From the NCBI GenBank assembly GCA_020536535.1, contig JAHLWZ010000884.1, positions 1 through 60,816 on the forward strand: DNA of 60,816 nucleotides. Direction: 5' to 3'. Every line of letters starts with the position of its first letter. The first letter of the stretch is position 1. The translations under genes were made by a program, and so were the position numbers. Shown here piece after piece: positions 51,159-60,816 of this stretch. Origin of the DNA: Pelomyxa schiedti. Its lineage: Eukaryota > Protista > Evosea. The notes below the pieces were generated by a model. The model was not told the DNA's origin, did not search any database, and worked only from the letters and a program-made list of their open reading frames with translations.

Positions 51159-51565
51159 TTACATTATAGAACAGGGGCAACCTCCACCAGTTCGCTCCTT
51201 GAACTCAATAAACTCCTACCGAATGTTTTAGTGTTAATGCCGGTCAAACGCAGTATCATTAGTGGTACAAACCTGGTCTTGGATGTCTGTATAGGAGCCT
51301 ATTCGTTCATCATCTTTCAGCCATATTTTTTCATCTGTGATTTTTTTGGTTAGTTTATGTCGTAAAAACTTTTCAGTTGAAAAAAGTGGCAAAACAAACC
51401 AGGGAGGAACAATCCGATGTTATTGTTTTTGTACGGCACCCTCAGACTCTCACCGATGAACGTAACAGAGTCCTTTACAGTGAGGTTGCTATCGATTCTG
51501 ACCACTTTGTGAATCAGCGGGTATGTCTGGGGGAACTTGATCCGCAGCACCAACGAATTCGACAT
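51159..51565 (-). CDS. small talin-F0/FERM-N-like ubiquitin-fold protein with C-terminal CaaX (CSIM); 3 exons
   Basis: Spliced: MSNSLVLRIKFP..KVVRIDSNLTVKDSV..IGLFLPDEKIWLKDDERIGSY..EFIEFKERTGGGCPCSIM*. Confidence 0.75.
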
Positions 51566-52006
51566 GATTATGGGATGAGCACGAGCGTGAGAGGAGGTTC
51601 GCTTTGGTGAGCAAATTTATCAATCGGCGGTGACGGCAAACGAGGAAAAAAAGGAATCTGGGATTCGGCTATTTAAGTTGGGTTCCAAAGTTTGCAAAAA
51701 CTGCGATGGTGACGGCGCGGGGGTGTTGTTGGCTACCAACGGCGTAGTAAATGCCGATATCGGCAGTGATCTGCGGTGTTCTTTTTATTGCTTTTCTCTG
51801 TTTGTTTTTCGTTTCGCCCGCTTGGTACGTGGAATCAGATCATCTCCATCACTAATCCATTGATCAACCCCCTTACTGGCCCAAAGCACCTCACCGAATC
51901 CCTCTCCAACGTATCCAAGGCGGCTTCCTCCATCTCCCAATTGCTCCCTCAGAGACTACGGGACAAAGGCAAACCAACCAAAAGAAAAAAAAAACAAAAC
52001 TCGACA

Positions 52007-52908
52007 ATGAGCGAATCTGGACGTCGCGTGGTGATGCCCACGGGGGGAGCGGCCCAGACCCTCAGCGACAGATTCGCGTTCGTAGAACAGCAGAGGCAAC
52101 AACTCGAGGAGCGCCAAATGGCCTCCCGATCAAGGAGACAAGTCGCCGTCATGCAAGCACGCCAACTGCGAGTAAATTTCATTCTCTCACTTTATTAAAA
52201 CAAAAAAAAAACCTGTTGCGTGCGTTCATTTGTTTGCAACCCGAAATATTTTTGAGTTCTGTGTTGTATAATAGAACAATTTACAAAAAAAAAAAAAAAT
52301 TAGACTACTATTTGCTCGAAATTCCACCTAACGAAACAAACAAGGCATACGACCCAACCTATGACGACGTCTTGGTTACTGTATCATCGAGGAGAGGGCG
52401 AGGAAAATCCAACACTACGAGCGCACACTATTCTCAGCAGCGAGGACCCAGTGACCCTGCCGTATCCTACTCATACCTGCCTGAAGACGAATTGCCCCTT
52501 CCCCAAGGCGGCAGTGGTGGAATGAGGCCCAGCCAGTACCACGGCAGCGCGGCCGTCACTACCCAGACCGTGCCCGTGGCCGTGCCCATGTTCCTGGCTC
52601 CTCAGCAAATGCCGTTTGTTGTCCAGCAGTCAGGCCCCCAGGTGCAGTACACCCAGCAGCCATACGGGCAGCCACGCGGGGGCCGCGGTGGCCGCGGAGG
52701 CAGGGGAGGCTATAGAGGGGGCAGGGGAGGCAGAGGGAGGGGCGGGCGCGGAGGCCGCGGGGGCCGTGGAGGTGGCCGCCAGAAGCCCATGTCTGCTGAC
52801 ACGCTGGACAGTGACCTGGATAAATACATGAACCGGAACTCGGCTGTGTCTAGGCAGGAGCAACTGGACAATGACCTGGAAAAGTACAAGAACAGTGGAG
52901 AGCTGTGA
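52007..52908 (+). CDS. CHTOP/FoP-like RGG protein with duplicated C-terminal UAP56-binding motifs
   Basis: N-terminal TLSDRF; RGG repeats; SADTLDSDLDKYM and EQLDNDLEKY. Confidence 0.8.
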
Positions 52909-53094
52909 ACTGCCTCTTGTGTACTTTCTCTAGTTTTCATGGGATTGTCCAAACTGGCCTAGGGATACTCAAGGAAAAAACCAAAAAGAACCCCACAAAA
53001 ACACCCAAGGTGCTCCTAACACAAATAGAAACTTTTTTTTTAAGGATTTTTATTTCTTAAATCAACCGTTTTTTACATTACATTACAAACGCGT

Positions 53095-56000
53095 TTACGA
53101 CGTCGTTCTTGCTGTGTTGGGGTTGAGTTGCTTTGCGAGGCCAGAAGGCGTGACAGGCGGTTTATTGACAGGACTGGTACGGTGCGGCTGTTGTTGTGGC
53201 TGTGGTAGTAACGTTGGGGAAGTAGACTGTGGAATGGGGGGTGGGACTGGAAGCAGTGGGGTGGATTTGGGTCCGCGCTTGGGGGGAAAGTGCTTGGTTA
53301 TTGGCCAGTGGAATGCGGTTTTGTCATGTGGGTTGGGTTGAGGGGGATTTGGTTCTGGTGATGTGGGGGAGGATACTGTTGGAGTTTTTAATGTTACTGT
53401 TGGTGAGAAGAGGTAGGACGTGGGGGATGTGATTGGGATGTGGTTGTGTGGGATGTAGTTGTTCACTGAAGGAGCTGAGGAGAAGTGAAGGTTGAATTGG
53501 GTTGGTGATGGGGTCGGGGAGAGATGAGAGGGTGGCAACAACGGTGATGTGAGGGGAGAATTTGAAGAACGCAATGGTACTTGTGGTGGCACGAGGGTGG
53601 GAGGGAGAAGAAGTGATGGAAGATGTGAAGGGGGTTGTAAGGAACTGAGGGGAGGGGACGAAATTTGGTTTTGGAGTTGCTGCTTCTGTATCTCGAGCTG
53701 CTTCTGGAGCTCTTTAATAAGTCTACTTTGACTTTCGATTGTATTTTCCAGTTCTTGCACTTTTTCCTTTGGTAGAGCAACCATCTAGTTCGTTTGTTGG
53801 TTATTCTTCTTTTGGAATAGGGAGAAAATACTTCTGCTGACATTCCACATGAGTTATTTATAACAATCGGCATTGCAAGAATTTCTGCTGCTGTTGGTCT
53901 GTCAACGTGAGAAGGTGCTAAGCAGCGAAGAATAATTGTTCCCTGTCAAAAAGTTATAAAATGCTGAAGTAAAAATGACGAACTTCTTCTGGGTATTCCA
54001 TTGTCAGATTTAGTGGGAGTTGTCCTTGCCGTGCATCACTCAGTACATGAGCTCGCTCCATCCCAGTGGCAAAAATTTGGTACAACTCCAGCAGTATTAG
54101 CCCAAGAGAGAAAATGTCAGTCTTCTCGTTGTAAATTCCATGAGTGCATTGTTCGGGTGAGGCGTAAGTTGAAGTCCCTATCCCAGTGGTATGCTTGCTG
54201 GGTTCTGTGGGAAGGTTAAGTCTCGATTAAATCAGGTGATGAGGTACCCCAAGAGCATCCAAGATAATCTGCAGATAGCCTTGGAGTAGGATTTGGAGAT
54301 ACAGATGGGGAAGGTGAAGAGGGGACAATAGAGAATTCAGATGAGGATGAGAGCTCTCTTCTAGAATGAATTTTGTTCCCCATCTTCCCGCTTCCATGCA
54401 CAGATACGAAATGTGTAGGCACTGGGAGTGAAGCAGACAAGCTGGAGCAGTCCTGTTCCTCTTGGGTAAGGGAAGGAAAAGCAGATGGAGCAGCAAAAGT
54501 TGCCAACCTTTTTTTTTTTTTTTTTTGTGAGTTTGTAAAAAGGAACACAGGCAGTTAATTACCCAAAATCTCCTACAGACACCGAGTATCCAGATGGTGA
54601 TTCATGTCTCTTAGACAGGAATATATCTATTTAAGATGAGCACAAATAATAAAAAGAAGCACTCTTACTGGCTGGTTTGATGTCTCTGTGTATTATACAG
54701 ATGGAATGCAGGTACTTGATTGCTTCCACAATTTGTCGGAATATATCCAAATTTTCCACTCTGGTTACCTGCCTTCCTTCTCGCTTCAACCAGGTGTCGA
54801 GTGTTGCTTCGTAGAGGTGCATCTGAATATACAACACACAGGTGTTCCAGCCATGTCTGGGCTGGTTGTGTTTGCGTTTGCGTTTGTGGTCGTCGTCCTC
54901 TCCACGTGGTTCACCTCCATCTTCAAAGAAAAATGGTTCAAAATCTTGTTGTGGGCGTGTAAGACGCAAGCAAGAGTCACTGTGAGATAAGGCGTCATAT
55001 GGAGGGTTCCCAGTTTCGCCACCTTCTCTATCTAAAGAGGTACTGCCATCTGATTCTGCATTGGGATCACTGCTTCCACCGTCACTTTGCACTGGATCGG
55101 ATTTTGCGGATGTTGGGCATGTGGAGAGGTTACTTTTCTCAGAAACGGTTGTAGCTCTTGTGGCACCGGAAGTTTTGTCACGAAATGGCGTAGTGGACGA
55201 ATTGCTAGAAGTATCTACAGTAGAGGATACTGTAATCTCGGAGTCGGTAGAATCACTGCTTTGCTTCAAATCGCGTTCGGTTGAGCACTTTTCAAACCAC
55301 GCGTTGTGGTATCTGACAATATTGGGATGATCCAAATGGGCTAGAGTTTGGACTTCTCTGTATACCTGACACGTGTATTAGGTGGTAATTGTTTTAAGTT
55401 TTTAACATACTTTGTCCCGCACAGAACTACGAGATCGAAACCGAATTTTCTTTACAGCATATTCACATCTATCGACTCTGTTCTCTACCTTATATACACT
55501 TCCAAATCCTCCACGTCCTAATTTCTCCAACTGTATGAAGTCCTCTTTGTATCTTGATGTGTTGTGGCAATTACGCTTATCTTGGTGATGGTTGACACTG
55601 GCAGATCTAGTAGAAATTGAGCTGTCTGCACTCATCTCGAATGGTGAAGGTGACACTTGAGGTGTGTTCTGTGTATTATCTGTGCTATTTTCACTTGTTA
55701 CACCAGGGAAGGGTGGTGAAGTGAGTGTGGACACTTCGCTGTCTCCAATGCTCAAATTCTCAGGTTCTTCGCCGGGTTCTATCACCTCTGGTGTGGTTGA
55801 TGTTACCTCTTCAGATGGGTCCACCCTGGTTTTATGTCCTCCCTGATGATTGATATTGTCAAGTCTCTCTCCAGTTTCAGGCCAGCATTTTGCGTTAACG
55901 TTACTTTCGGAATTGCCTTCACTGCTTACAGGGTCAAGAATGGAGAGGTCCAGCTTGAGACTTGGTGTGATACACTTTGTGTCAACTGTTGGGGACTGAG

Positions 56001-56431
56001 ACAGAATTTCTCCAGTGTGATGCAGTTGAGTTTCCACTTGGCAATTTTGCTTCTTTTGAACGTTGTATTTACTGTGTGAGGTAAGAGACGTAAGATACAG
56101 AAAAGGTTCTACCAATGAATCTTCTTATTTTTAGGGTGTAAATTCTCAATTCTTTTGTGATTGCGTCTATCCTTTTGGTGGTTGTTCCTTCTACTGATAT
56201 CTTCCTCAAAACCAAAATTAAGAGGCAGAGGAATATGTAAATGTGGTTGAGCTTTTGATGTTGTTTTGTAGGCTGTGGTTTTCTTGCAGTGAGCCTCCAC
56301 ATCGTTGTTTTTGTGTGATGTGGGTCTACCAGCAAGACCATCGAACTCCAATAAATTGGATTGCTCGAAACTTTCCTGCGCGGACGGTAAAAAAAGAAAA
56401 AAAAACAATAAATCAAATCTACCTCGCTCAT
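53095..56431 (-). CDS. eIF2-alpha kinase (HRI/PEK-like) with kinase insert, C-terminal coiled coil and Pro-rich tail; multi-exon
   Basis: RYKEDF..LGRGGFGSVYKV.NRVD..YAVKKI, REVQTLAHLDHPNIVRYHNAW, long insert, LYIQM, HRDIKP, GDFG. Confidence 0.9.
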
Positions 56432-56775
56432 GGGAGGCGGGGGTTGCTTAGAGGCAGCCCATTACTACGTTTCGGTAAAGGGGTATGTTGTGTAGGGTTT
56501 TTTTTTTTTGTGCTTTTTTGATTGTAGTTTTTGAGAAATCTCGAAAAAATGAGTGACACGCCGGGGAATGATGTTCACATCCATCAACAGAACACGAGAC
56601 TTTTGACACAATCGAGAAAAAGTGTTGATGGAATGCAGAGAGGGGATGAAATGTGCAACACCCCCAGATTCGGCTTGGTCCATGATCAACTGGAAAAAGG
56701 GCGAAAAAAAAAGGAAGGAGGAGGAAAAAGTGCCGCGAGATCTAGCACGAACGACGAGCGCGTACGTAAAGCAAA

Positions 56776-58718
56776 ATGTGGCGGAAAAGGAAAGCAGATA
56801 TGCCCGCGGATGTGTACCCCACGGTTTTGGATGGTATCAAGCGGATCTACGCGGACAAAATTCGGCCTATTGAAGCCATGTACAAGTTCGAGGATTTCCA
56901 CTCGCCTCTTCTTAAGGATTCCGATTTTGATGCCAAACCCTCGGTCGTGTTTCTTGGACAGTACTCTACTGGAAAAACATCTTTTATCAGGTATGGATTG
57001 ACTGCTGATAACTTACTTCGTTTGAGTATGAACACACCTCTTGTTCTTGTGGGATTTTTGTCCAGTGTTCCATAAGCGAAGAATTTAATCCCTTCTAAAG
57101 ATACTTGCTTGAAGCGGATTACCCTGGTCAGAATATCGGCCCTGAGCCCACTACCGACCGATTTGTGGCCGTAATGCACTCAAGAACAGAGACCATTATT
57201 CCTGGAAATGCATTGGTTGTGCAAGCTGATATGCCTTTCCGAGCTTTATCGCGTTTTGGTAATGTCTCTATTTTTCCCTGTCCACTTACCTTTTTGAAGG
57301 TAATGATTTCTTGACTAAATTCCAAGCTTCCATGGTCAACGTTCCAATTCTCGAGGATTTAACCATCATTGACACCCCTGGTGTCTTATCAGGAGAAAAG
57401 CAACGCATAGGACGGCAATATGGTATTTTTTTAAAGATGACTCCACCATCCCACAATCTCTAAGATTTCATTGCTGTCGTGGAGTGGTTTGCATCCAGGG
57501 CTGATATGATTATCTTAACATTTGACGCTCACAAGCTTGATATTTCAGACGAGTTCAAAAGGGTTATAGAATGCTTAAAAGGTACTCCTCTTTTCTTGTC
57601 CCACTTTACTTAGTTTTTCAAAGGTAACGATGACAAGGTGAGAATCGTACTTAATAAAGCGGACAGCGTCACCAGTCAGCAGCTTATGCGTGTGTGCGTC
57701 ACTGATTTGTAACAAAATCGTCGATCGATGTAATAAGCATTTAGATATGGAGCACTTATGTGGTCACTTGGAAAAGTTCTTAAAACACCGGAAGTTATGC
57801 GAGTCTATATTTCGTCGTTTTGGGATAGGCCTTATGTAAACACTGAAAATGAAAATCTTTTCAATGCGGAAAGAGAAGATTTGATAAGGGTATGGTTTTT
57901 TCCACCTCTTTATCTTACTCATAAAAATTAAACAGGACCTTCACCAACTTCCAAGGCAAAGTACAGTTAGAAAGGTCAATGAACTTGTCAAAAGATCCAG
58001 GCTTGCTAAAGTTCATGCTATCATCATTGCTCACCTGAAATCTGAAATGCCATCAGTATTTGGTAAACGCAGCCGGCAAGAAGAATTAATTGCCGTATGC
58101 TCAACCCAAATTGCTAGAATATCTTTGACATCTCACAGAATCTGAACCACGAATTCAATAAAGTGATGACAAAGTACCAGCTTTCCCCTGGTGACTTTCC
58201 AGAGATTACCAAGTTTAAGGAAAGGCTTGCCCTGGCTGACTTTGATAGATTCCCCAAGCTCAATCCCAAGCTGATCGAGTCGATGGATGAGGTTCTGGCA
58301 GCCGACATCCCCAAACTTGTCAAGATGTTCCCCCTTGAGCAACTTCCTTCTGCACAGACGAATCCCTTTGAGTTTGCGAGCAACTTCGAGAAGAATGCTG
58401 CGATACTTGAACTCAATGACGCTGATAAAGCACAATACATCAGTGTATTTCATTCACTGGCCCTCGTCAACGGAAGGTTTTTTTCTCCTTCACTATAACT
58501 CTATCTTAAAGCCTACCTCACTCAGGGCCCCCGGTCTCGAAGTAAAAAAGGTTCTTTTTGACTCCCATCTACCCAAGGAGATTCTCTCCAAGATATGGAC
58601 TCTATGCGACCGTGGGAAACACGGTGCACTTTCTGAAGAGGAATTCGTAATTGCCATGGCACTTGTCAATGCCGCCATTGCAGGCAAGACCCTTCCTGAC
58701 ACCCTTTCTTCAGTCTGA
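56776..58718 (+). CDS. EHD1: EH-domain-containing protein (EHD/RME-1 dynamin-like ATPase); multi-exon
   Basis: GQYSTGKTSFI, IGPEPTTDRF, IDTPGVLSGEKQR, FDAHKLDISDEF, NPF motif, EH domain LSKIWTLCD..EEFVIAM. Confidence 0.95.
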
Positions 58719-58829
58719 GTGATTCCGATATTATTAATTACCGTCTCCGCTATTCCAAGACTTTTGGGAAGAAAAATAAAAGCTCGGTCTATCCGTCTCC
58801 ACACTGTTTTTTTTGGTCAGAGCAATATT

Positions 58830-60422
58830 TTAGGCCATAAGTTCCTCCAAGAGGTGCTCACAATACCACTGCATTCGCGGAAGGTGGAATGGACCCTTCC
58901 ACATTGTGCCTTTCAACCTTGTGGCTATTGTTCCATCATTGTGTAAGTACCCGAACCACTCAGGGGTGCCTGGCTCCTGTAAATGTGCAGGGTAAGGTTA
59001 AGCGTTGGGCATTCAAACACAAAGGGGATGGGGGGGGTTACTTTGAAGTGAGTGTGGCTCCAATCGTGAACTAGCTGGTGCCATTCGGCATACTTGGGGT
59101 CCTTTGTAAGGGAGTACGCAAGCAATGTGGCAATTACGGCTTCATTGTGAGGCCACCAGAATTTCATGTCCTGCCAGTACTCCTGGAATTGCATAAGATT
59201 CCAGGCACAGAATATTACCATAAAATACCTGAACTGGCTTGTTGTAGACATCGCGGAAGTAGTACAAACCTCCATGAAGAGTATCCCATCCTCGTTCCCA
59301 CATCCAATCCAGCATCTTGACGAAATCAAAAGAAATCAAAAGTAGTAGGAGAAAACCTGCAGCCCTGTAGCAATATAATCTTGTCTCCCCCTCGCCTTGC
59401 CCTCATGCATCACAAACCACGCACCCTCAATAGCATGGCCAGGATTCAAAATCCTCCCATCGAAGTGATCTTCAATAGACCCATCAGGGGCCACGGCCTC
59501 CATCACAACACGAAACTCGGGCTTCATGAAAAGGGTCCTGATATCATTGATGCATCTGTCAATCCAGGAATTGAGGTACTCATGGTGACTCGCAGGAAGA
59601 TATTTGCGGAGTTCCTGAGCAGTTGCAATTGTTATCATTCGAGGGCAAATGCCAACCTTGGGAAGAAGTAAATTGGCTTGTCATGTACTAAAACATCACT
59701 CCACTGAGCACTCAATTTTCCATCTCACTCCGACACTTACCATAGGCCTAACATCAGTGAACTTAGCCGGCATTAATCCAGGTGTGAAGTTCCAAGATGT
59801 GAACAATTCAAACAGTTCTCTTGCTCGTTTAACATGATAAGCTATGCGGTCTTCAGGGCCCCCAGCTGCCCTTTCAACTCCAGCCATAACTGCATGCGAA
59901 ATACATGCAAACGACTCACTGTAAGCGTACCTCCGTTTGCGCAAGGGCCGGCCATCTCTAGTGAGTGTAAACCACATTCTGCCAAGTGGATCCGAAGTAT
60001 CAAAGCAATGCTCATCAATAAACTTGATTCCTTGTCGAGCAATCGCCAACCATTCCGTGCGTTCCTCTACGGCGGCAGTCGACTAAACTGAATTACAAAA
60101 GGTTTACAACAGAGAAGTGTGGAGACAACCTCGGTTAAATACACGGTTGCAAACATCCAGGTTGCTCTTCCTTGAAACCACACAGACTTATCTGTGTCCA
60201 CCAGATTGCCCTTGTCATCAACAGCAGTCCAAAACCCACCCATTTCTCTGTCCACACCATGACTTACCCAGAATCTGCACAGTCTCATGAACGGGCGTGA
60301 TGGTGGAGGAAGGGAGGAAAAGGGGGCTGGTGAAATGGAACACACGGGAGGACATCGCACTGAAGTCCTTCCCTGTAAGTTGTCAACAAACGTCGTCTCC
60401 CCTCTTCGGTCAGTAGCGTCAT
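58830..60422 (-). CDS. N-acylglucosamine 2-epimerase (AGE family); multi-exon
   Basis: DVLPFW..VD..GGF, DKSVWFQGR, LNPGHAIEGAWF, MKFWWPHNEA, EWFGYL, KGPFHLPR. Confidence 0.92.
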
Positions 60423-60624
60423 CTCGTGTCCTTTTTCCCTTTTCGACTTTTTTTTTTTTGTACAAAAAAAGTTCAATGTTGGTACAGAAGAGAGGTTTTG
60501 CTGGTGCTGAAGAAACAGTGGAACCACGCACTCATCAGAGCAGATAGATGTCGTTCTTGTGACTCACACCCGCCACAGGGGTTGATGTCGGAGGGACCAT
60601 GAACTACTTCGATGCTACTAGAAT

Positions 60625-60688
60625 TGTGCGGAGGTCGTGAAGAGGCGTGTGGAGAATTCTCCAATCGCCTCTTCACGACCTCCGCACA
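60625..60688. repeat. 64-bp near-perfect palindrome / hairpin
   Basis: 23-bp arms tgtgcggaggtcgtgaagaggcg / cgcctcttcacgacctccgcaca, a 2-nt mismatch, and a central 14-bp palindrome tggagaattctcca. Confidence 0.92.
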
Positions 60689-60816
60689 GGAACAGTGATG
60701 TTGCAGTCAGTGGTTTTGTGTGTTGTGGACTAGACTCTGGAATGAGGACCCAACCTGGCTCAAGAGATCAACATCTGGAATAGCACGATAGCAGTTAGCA
60801 CCTGCAACGACAACCA

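Noticed and set aside
50910-51565. Fusion of the F0-like domain to the 5'-nucleotidase
   Set aside because: The F0-like gene ends cleanly in CaaX + TAA at 51159, and a spacer with an A-rich leader precedes the nucleotidase ATG.
60490-60540. CTGATGA on the minus strand followed by a possible GTGC/GCAC stem (hammerhead-like)
   Set aside because: No GAAA after the stem and no closing stems I/III, so the catalytic core is incomplete.
1-60816. CRISPR arrays, rRNA/tRNA genes, transposase or reverse-transcriptase ORFs, bacterial contamination
   Set aside because: None recognised by eye. GGTTCAAG hits fall in coding exons, and the prokaryote-like genes carry spliceosomal introns. tRNAscan and Rfam were not run.

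Overview
This is a gene-dense, intron-rich eukaryotic (protist) genomic window, not a prokaryotic one. About 29 protein-coding genes are packed with mostly 50-450 bp spacers and split by many short (about 40-80 nt) GT-AG introns, so the ORF track captures only exon fragments. I joined exons by eye, and the boundaries are approximate. Gene content (Shk-type TKL+SH2 kinase, three-C1 DGK, a degenerate ankyrin-like family, prokaryote-like metabolic enzymes) suggests an amoebozoan, possibly an anaerobic archamoeba such as Pelomyxa; this is inference. Recognisable genes: S28 peptidase, SAM-SAM-U-box, DGK, Stealth phosphotransferase, Rab4, plant-type PRPP synthetase, SPFH protein, BET bromodomain protein, BRCT-RRM protein, syntaxin, NSE3/MAGE, tepsin, Shk kinase, ADP-ribosylglycohydrolase, guanine deaminase, adenylate kinase, 5'-nucleotidase, CHTOP-like, eIF2-alpha kinase, EHD and AGE epimerase. 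There are two 100-N assembly gaps. Most notable: (1) tandem divergent eIF4E-fold domains lacking cap-binding residues, probably spliced into one multi-domain protein; (2) a co-directional 5'-nucleotidase / adenylate kinase / guanine deaminase purine cluster with prokaryote-like members; (3) a stand-alone talin-F0-like ubiquitin-fold protein with a CaaX box; (4) a truncated CFAP53-like protein; (5) a 64-bp near-perfect palindrome.
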